From: Patescibacteria group bacterium
Lineage (GTDB): Bacteria; Patescibacteriota; Doudnabacteria; UBA920
NCBI GenBank assembly: GCA_023473845.1
Contig: JAMCYA010000013.1
Span: 1-35,901, forward strand
DNA length: 35,901 nucleotides
Direction: 5' to 3'
The notes beneath the pieces were generated by a model. The model made no database searches, was not told the DNA's origin, and saw only the letters and a program-made list of their open reading frames with translations. Below, one piece after another: positions 31,805 to 35,901 of the stretch. How positions within the stretch are numbered: the first letter of the stretch is position 1; each line of letters starts with the position of its first letter. The translations under genes were made by a program, and so were the position numbers.

Positions 31805-33307
31805 ATGGCGCAAGCAGAACAAATCGTCAAACAACTCAAAGAAAAAATCGCCGGTTTTGCCGCAGAAGCAAAACTGGAAAAAGTCGGCAAAGTTTTGGAA
31901 GTGGCCGACGGCGTGGTCAGAATTTCCGGACTCAATGATATTGCCAGCATGGAAATGCTGGAGTTTGCCAATGGGGTATCAGGCGTGGCGCTGAACCTGG
32001 AAGAAAGCATGGTGGGCGCCATTGTCCTGGGCGATTACCTGGGCATCAGGGCGGGGGATACGGTTAAACCCACGGGTAAAATTCTGTCCGTACCGGTAGG
32101 CGAAGCCTTAATTGGCCGCACGGTAAGCGCGCTCGGCGAACCCAAAGACGGCAAGGGCGATATTAAAGCCAGTAAATTCTATCCCGTGGAAAAAATTGCG
32201 CCTGGTGTTATTACCCGCCAGCGGGTAAACCAGCCGGTGCAGACGGGTATTAAAACCATTGACGCGCTTATTCCCATCGGCCGCGGCCAGCGCGAACTGA
32301 TTATCGGAGACCGCCAAACGGGCAAAACCGCTGTGGCCATTGACGCCATCATCAGCCAAAAAGGGCAGAATATGATTTGCATTTATGTAGCAGTGGGCCA
32401 GAAAGAAAGCAAAGTGGCCAAGCTGGTGACCGAGCTGGAAAAGCACGGCGCCATGGAATACACTATTGTGGTTTCGGCCTCCGCTTCCGAGCCCGCGGCT
32501 ATGTCCTACATTGCGCCGTATTCCGGCTGCGCCATGGGCGAATACTTTATGGACCAGGGCAAGGACGTGCTGGTGGTTTACGACGACTTGTCCAAACAGG
32601 CTGTGGCTTACCGCGAAATTTCGCTGTTGCTCCGCCGTCCGCCGGGCCGCGAAGCCTATCCGGGCGACGTCTTTTACCTCCACTCCCGCCTTTTGGAACG
32701 CGCGGCCAAACTCAACAAAGATTTCGGCGGCGGCAGTTTGACCGCCCTGCCAATTATCGAAACCCAGGCCGGGGACGTTTCCGCCTACATTCCCACCAAT
32801 GTGATTTCCATTACTGACGGACAGATTTTCCTGGAATCCGACCTATTTTACAAGGGCATCCGGCCTGCTTTGAACATCGGCATTTCCGTGTCCCGCGTAG
32901 GCTCTGACGCACAGACCAAAGCCATGAAAAAAGTGGCCGGCAAAATGAAGCTGGCTCTGGCGCAGTACCGCGAACTTGAGGCTTTTGCCCAGTTCGGTTC
33001 GGATTTGGACGAATCCACGAAAAAAACTTTGGACCTTGGCCGCAGGCTGACCGAAATCTTGAAGCAGCCGCAGTACAGCGGCTTGCCCATGGAAAACCAG
33101 GTCTGCATCCTCTACGCGGTCAACAATGGCTATTTTAACGAGATCCCAGCGGAAAAAATGGCAGAGACCGAGGGCAAATTCCACGCCTTTTTGGCCAGCC
33201 AGGGCCAAAGCGTGCTTAAGGCCATCCGGGAAACCAAAGAGCTGAAGGAAGAAACCGAGAGCCAGCTCAAGACTGTTATTCAGGATTTCCTGAAAGCGCA
33301 GAAATAA
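31805..33307 (+). CDS. atpA: F0F1 ATP synthase subunit alpha
   Basis: GDRQTGKT P-loop, [27 protein letters not shown]. Confidence 0.97.
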   Translation: MAQAEQIVKQLKEKIAGFAAEAKLEKVGKVLEVADGVVRISGLNDIASMEMLEFANGVSGVALNLEESMVGAIVLGDYLGIRAGDTVKPTGKILSVPVGEALIGRTVSALGEPKDGKGDIKASKFYPVEKIAPGVITRQRVNQPVQTGIKTIDALIPIGRGQRELIIGDRQTGKTAVAIDAIISQKGQNMICIYVAVGQKESKVAKLVTELEKHGAMEYTIVVSASASEPAAMSYIAPYSGCAMGEYFMDQGKDVLVVYDDLSKQAVAYREISLLLRRPPGREAYPGDVFYLHSRLLERAAKLNKDFGGGSLTALPIIETQAGDVSAYIPTNVISITDGQIFLESDLFYKGIRPALNIGISVSRVGSDAQTKAMKKVAGKMKLALAQYRELEAFAQFGSDLDESTKKTLDLGRRLTEILKQPQYSGLPMENQVCILYAVNNGYFNEIPAEKMAETEGKFHAFLASQGQSVLKAIRETKELKEETESQLKTVIQDFLKAQK

Positions 33308-33331
33308 TTTTAACTTTTTTATCCCAAGCCT

Positions 33332-34216
33332 ATGGCCGGAATGAGAGACATTAAACGCCGCATTAAGTCAGTGCAGGGCACGCGCAAAATCACGCGCGCC
33401 ATGCAGCTGGTTTCGGCTGCCAAAATGCGCAAGGCCCAGTATCAAGCCGCCTCCAGCCGGCCGTATTCTAGCCTGGCCTGGGAACTGATTAACAACCTTA
33501 CCCGGCAGCTGGAAATTGACATGCCGCTGCTCAGAACCCACCGGCACGCGAAGAAAGTCGGCGTGCTGCTGATTTCCACCAATCGCGGCTTTGTGGGCAG
33601 CCTGAACGTTAATTTGGTCGGAAAACTCAAGGAGCTGGAAAAGAACCCGGAGTTAATTTGCGAACTAATAGTCCACGGCCAGCAGGCCAAAACCCTGACA
33701 GCCCGGATGGGCAAGGTTATTGGCGCGGATTTTCCGAAGCTCGACAAGACTGCTGCCATTGAAGATATTTATCCCATTGCCAAATACCTGGCCGACCTTT
33801 ACCAAACCAACCACTACCGGAAAATTTACATAGTCTACAACCATTTTTATTCCACCATTTCCCAGAAGCCGGAAATTGTCCAGCTCCTGCCTTTCAACCC
33901 CGAGGTGGTCAAGCAGTCCAAAGAAAAGCAGGAAGTCGTCATTTCCAAAAAATACGGTTACAACTACCAGTTCGAGCCCGATCCTGAGAAAGTTCTGGAA
34001 CACTTGCTGCCTCGCATTATTGAAAGCCAAATTTACCAGGCCGTGCTGGAAAGCGATGCTTCCGAACACAGCGCGCGCATGATTATGATGAAGAACGCCA
34101 CGGACGCAGCCGGCGACCTGATTGACGACCTGACCTTAAGCTACAACCAGCTCCGGCAAAACAAAATTACCACTGAACTGGCGGAAATTACCGCAGGCAA
34201 AATTGCCCTGGAATAA
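33332..34216 (+). CDS. atpG: F0F1 ATP synthase subunit gamma
   Basis: IKSVQGTRKITRAMQLVSAAKMRKAQ at the N-terminus and NQLRQNKITTELAEI at the C-terminus. Confidence 0.95.
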   Translation: MAGMRDIKRRIKSVQGTRKITRAMQLVSAAKMRKAQYQAASSRPYSSLAWELINNLTRQLEIDMPLLRTHRHAKKVGVLLISTNRGFVGSLNVNLVGKLKELEKNPELICELIVHGQQAKTLTARMGKVIGADFPKLDKTAAIEDIYPIAKYLADLYQTNHYRKIYIVYNHFYSTISQKPEIVQLLPFNPEVVKQSKEKQEVVISKKYGYNYQFEPDPEKVLEHLLPRIIESQIYQAVLESDASEHSARMIMMKNATDAAGDLIDDLTLSYNQLRQNKITTELAEITAGKIALE

Positions 34217-34246
34217 CCACTTACAAACATTTACAATATCAACTAA

Positions 34247-35632
<1,386 letters not shown>

Positions 35633-35648
35633 CCAATTCTAATTTCTT

Positions 35649-35901
35649 ATGGCCAAAATTAACTTTCATCTGGTTACGCCTGAACGCACCCTCCTTAACA
35701 AGGAGCTGGTAAGTTTGTCCTGCCCCACCGATTTGGGCCAAATCACCATCCTACCCAATCACGTACCCCTGGTGGCCAACCTGGTGCCCGGTGAACTAGT
35801 GGCCAAGTCTGCTGCGGGCGAAGAACACATACACGTGGCCGGAGGGTTTATCCAGGTCAACCCCAAAGGCCAGGTGATTGTCCTTGCGGATGCGGCCGAG
35901 C
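35649..35901 (+). CDS. atpC: F0F1 ATP synthase subunit epsilon (partial, runs off the 3' edge)
   Basis: Hand translation gives MAKINFHLVTPERTLLNKELVSLSCPTDLGQITILPNHVPLVANLVPGELV...GGFIQVNPKGQVIVLADAAE, typical of the epsilon N-terminal beta domain. No stop codon occurs before the window ends. Confidence 0.85.
   Translation, partial: MAKINFHLVTPERTLLNKELVSLSCPTDLGQITILPNHVPLVANLVPGELVAKSAAGEEHIHVAGGFIQVNPKGQVIVLADAAE

Overview
The window is a mostly plus-strand stretch of bacterial chromosome at about 50% GC. It uses the standard code: TAA, TAG and TGA all terminate conserved genes. It contains no rRNA, CRISPR array, integrase or transposase. The gene content looks like a small-genome Patescibacteria/CPR-type organism (DUF4012-like protein inside the cell-wall cluster, pilin-like proteins with an SRDAKR...ALELY motif, an orphan sigma region 4 protein), but this lineage call is inference only. 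Gene order: an M1 aminopeptidase interrupted at its 5' end, an L,D-transpeptidase, and secDF. Next is an insulated three-gene operon encoding a sigma-r4/HARE-HTH protein, a TM-anchored unknown protein and an orphan VirD4/TraD-like ATPase. Then come trxA (minus strand) and a fragmented dcw-like cluster (DD-carboxypeptidase, mraY, D-aminoacylase-like amidohydrolase, murD, ftsW, DUF4012-like, murJ), followed by lepA. After lepA lies a roughly 2.8 kb accessory patch: an AT-rich DUF3800 cassette, a divergent pair of hypotheticals and three stand-alone small-protein genes. The rest is a bPH/FtsB-like/parvulin operon, a large membrane protein plus a pilin-like gene that share a duplicated domain, murI, tRNA-Thr(CGT), and a complete F1Fo ATP synthase operon (atpI-like, B, E, F, H, A, G, D, and partial C running off the 3' edge). 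The best candidate for an undescribed system is the 4970-9239 operon. Secondary candidates are the DUF3800 island and the pilin-domain fusion. All domain calls come from motifs read by eye and need HMM or structure confirmation.
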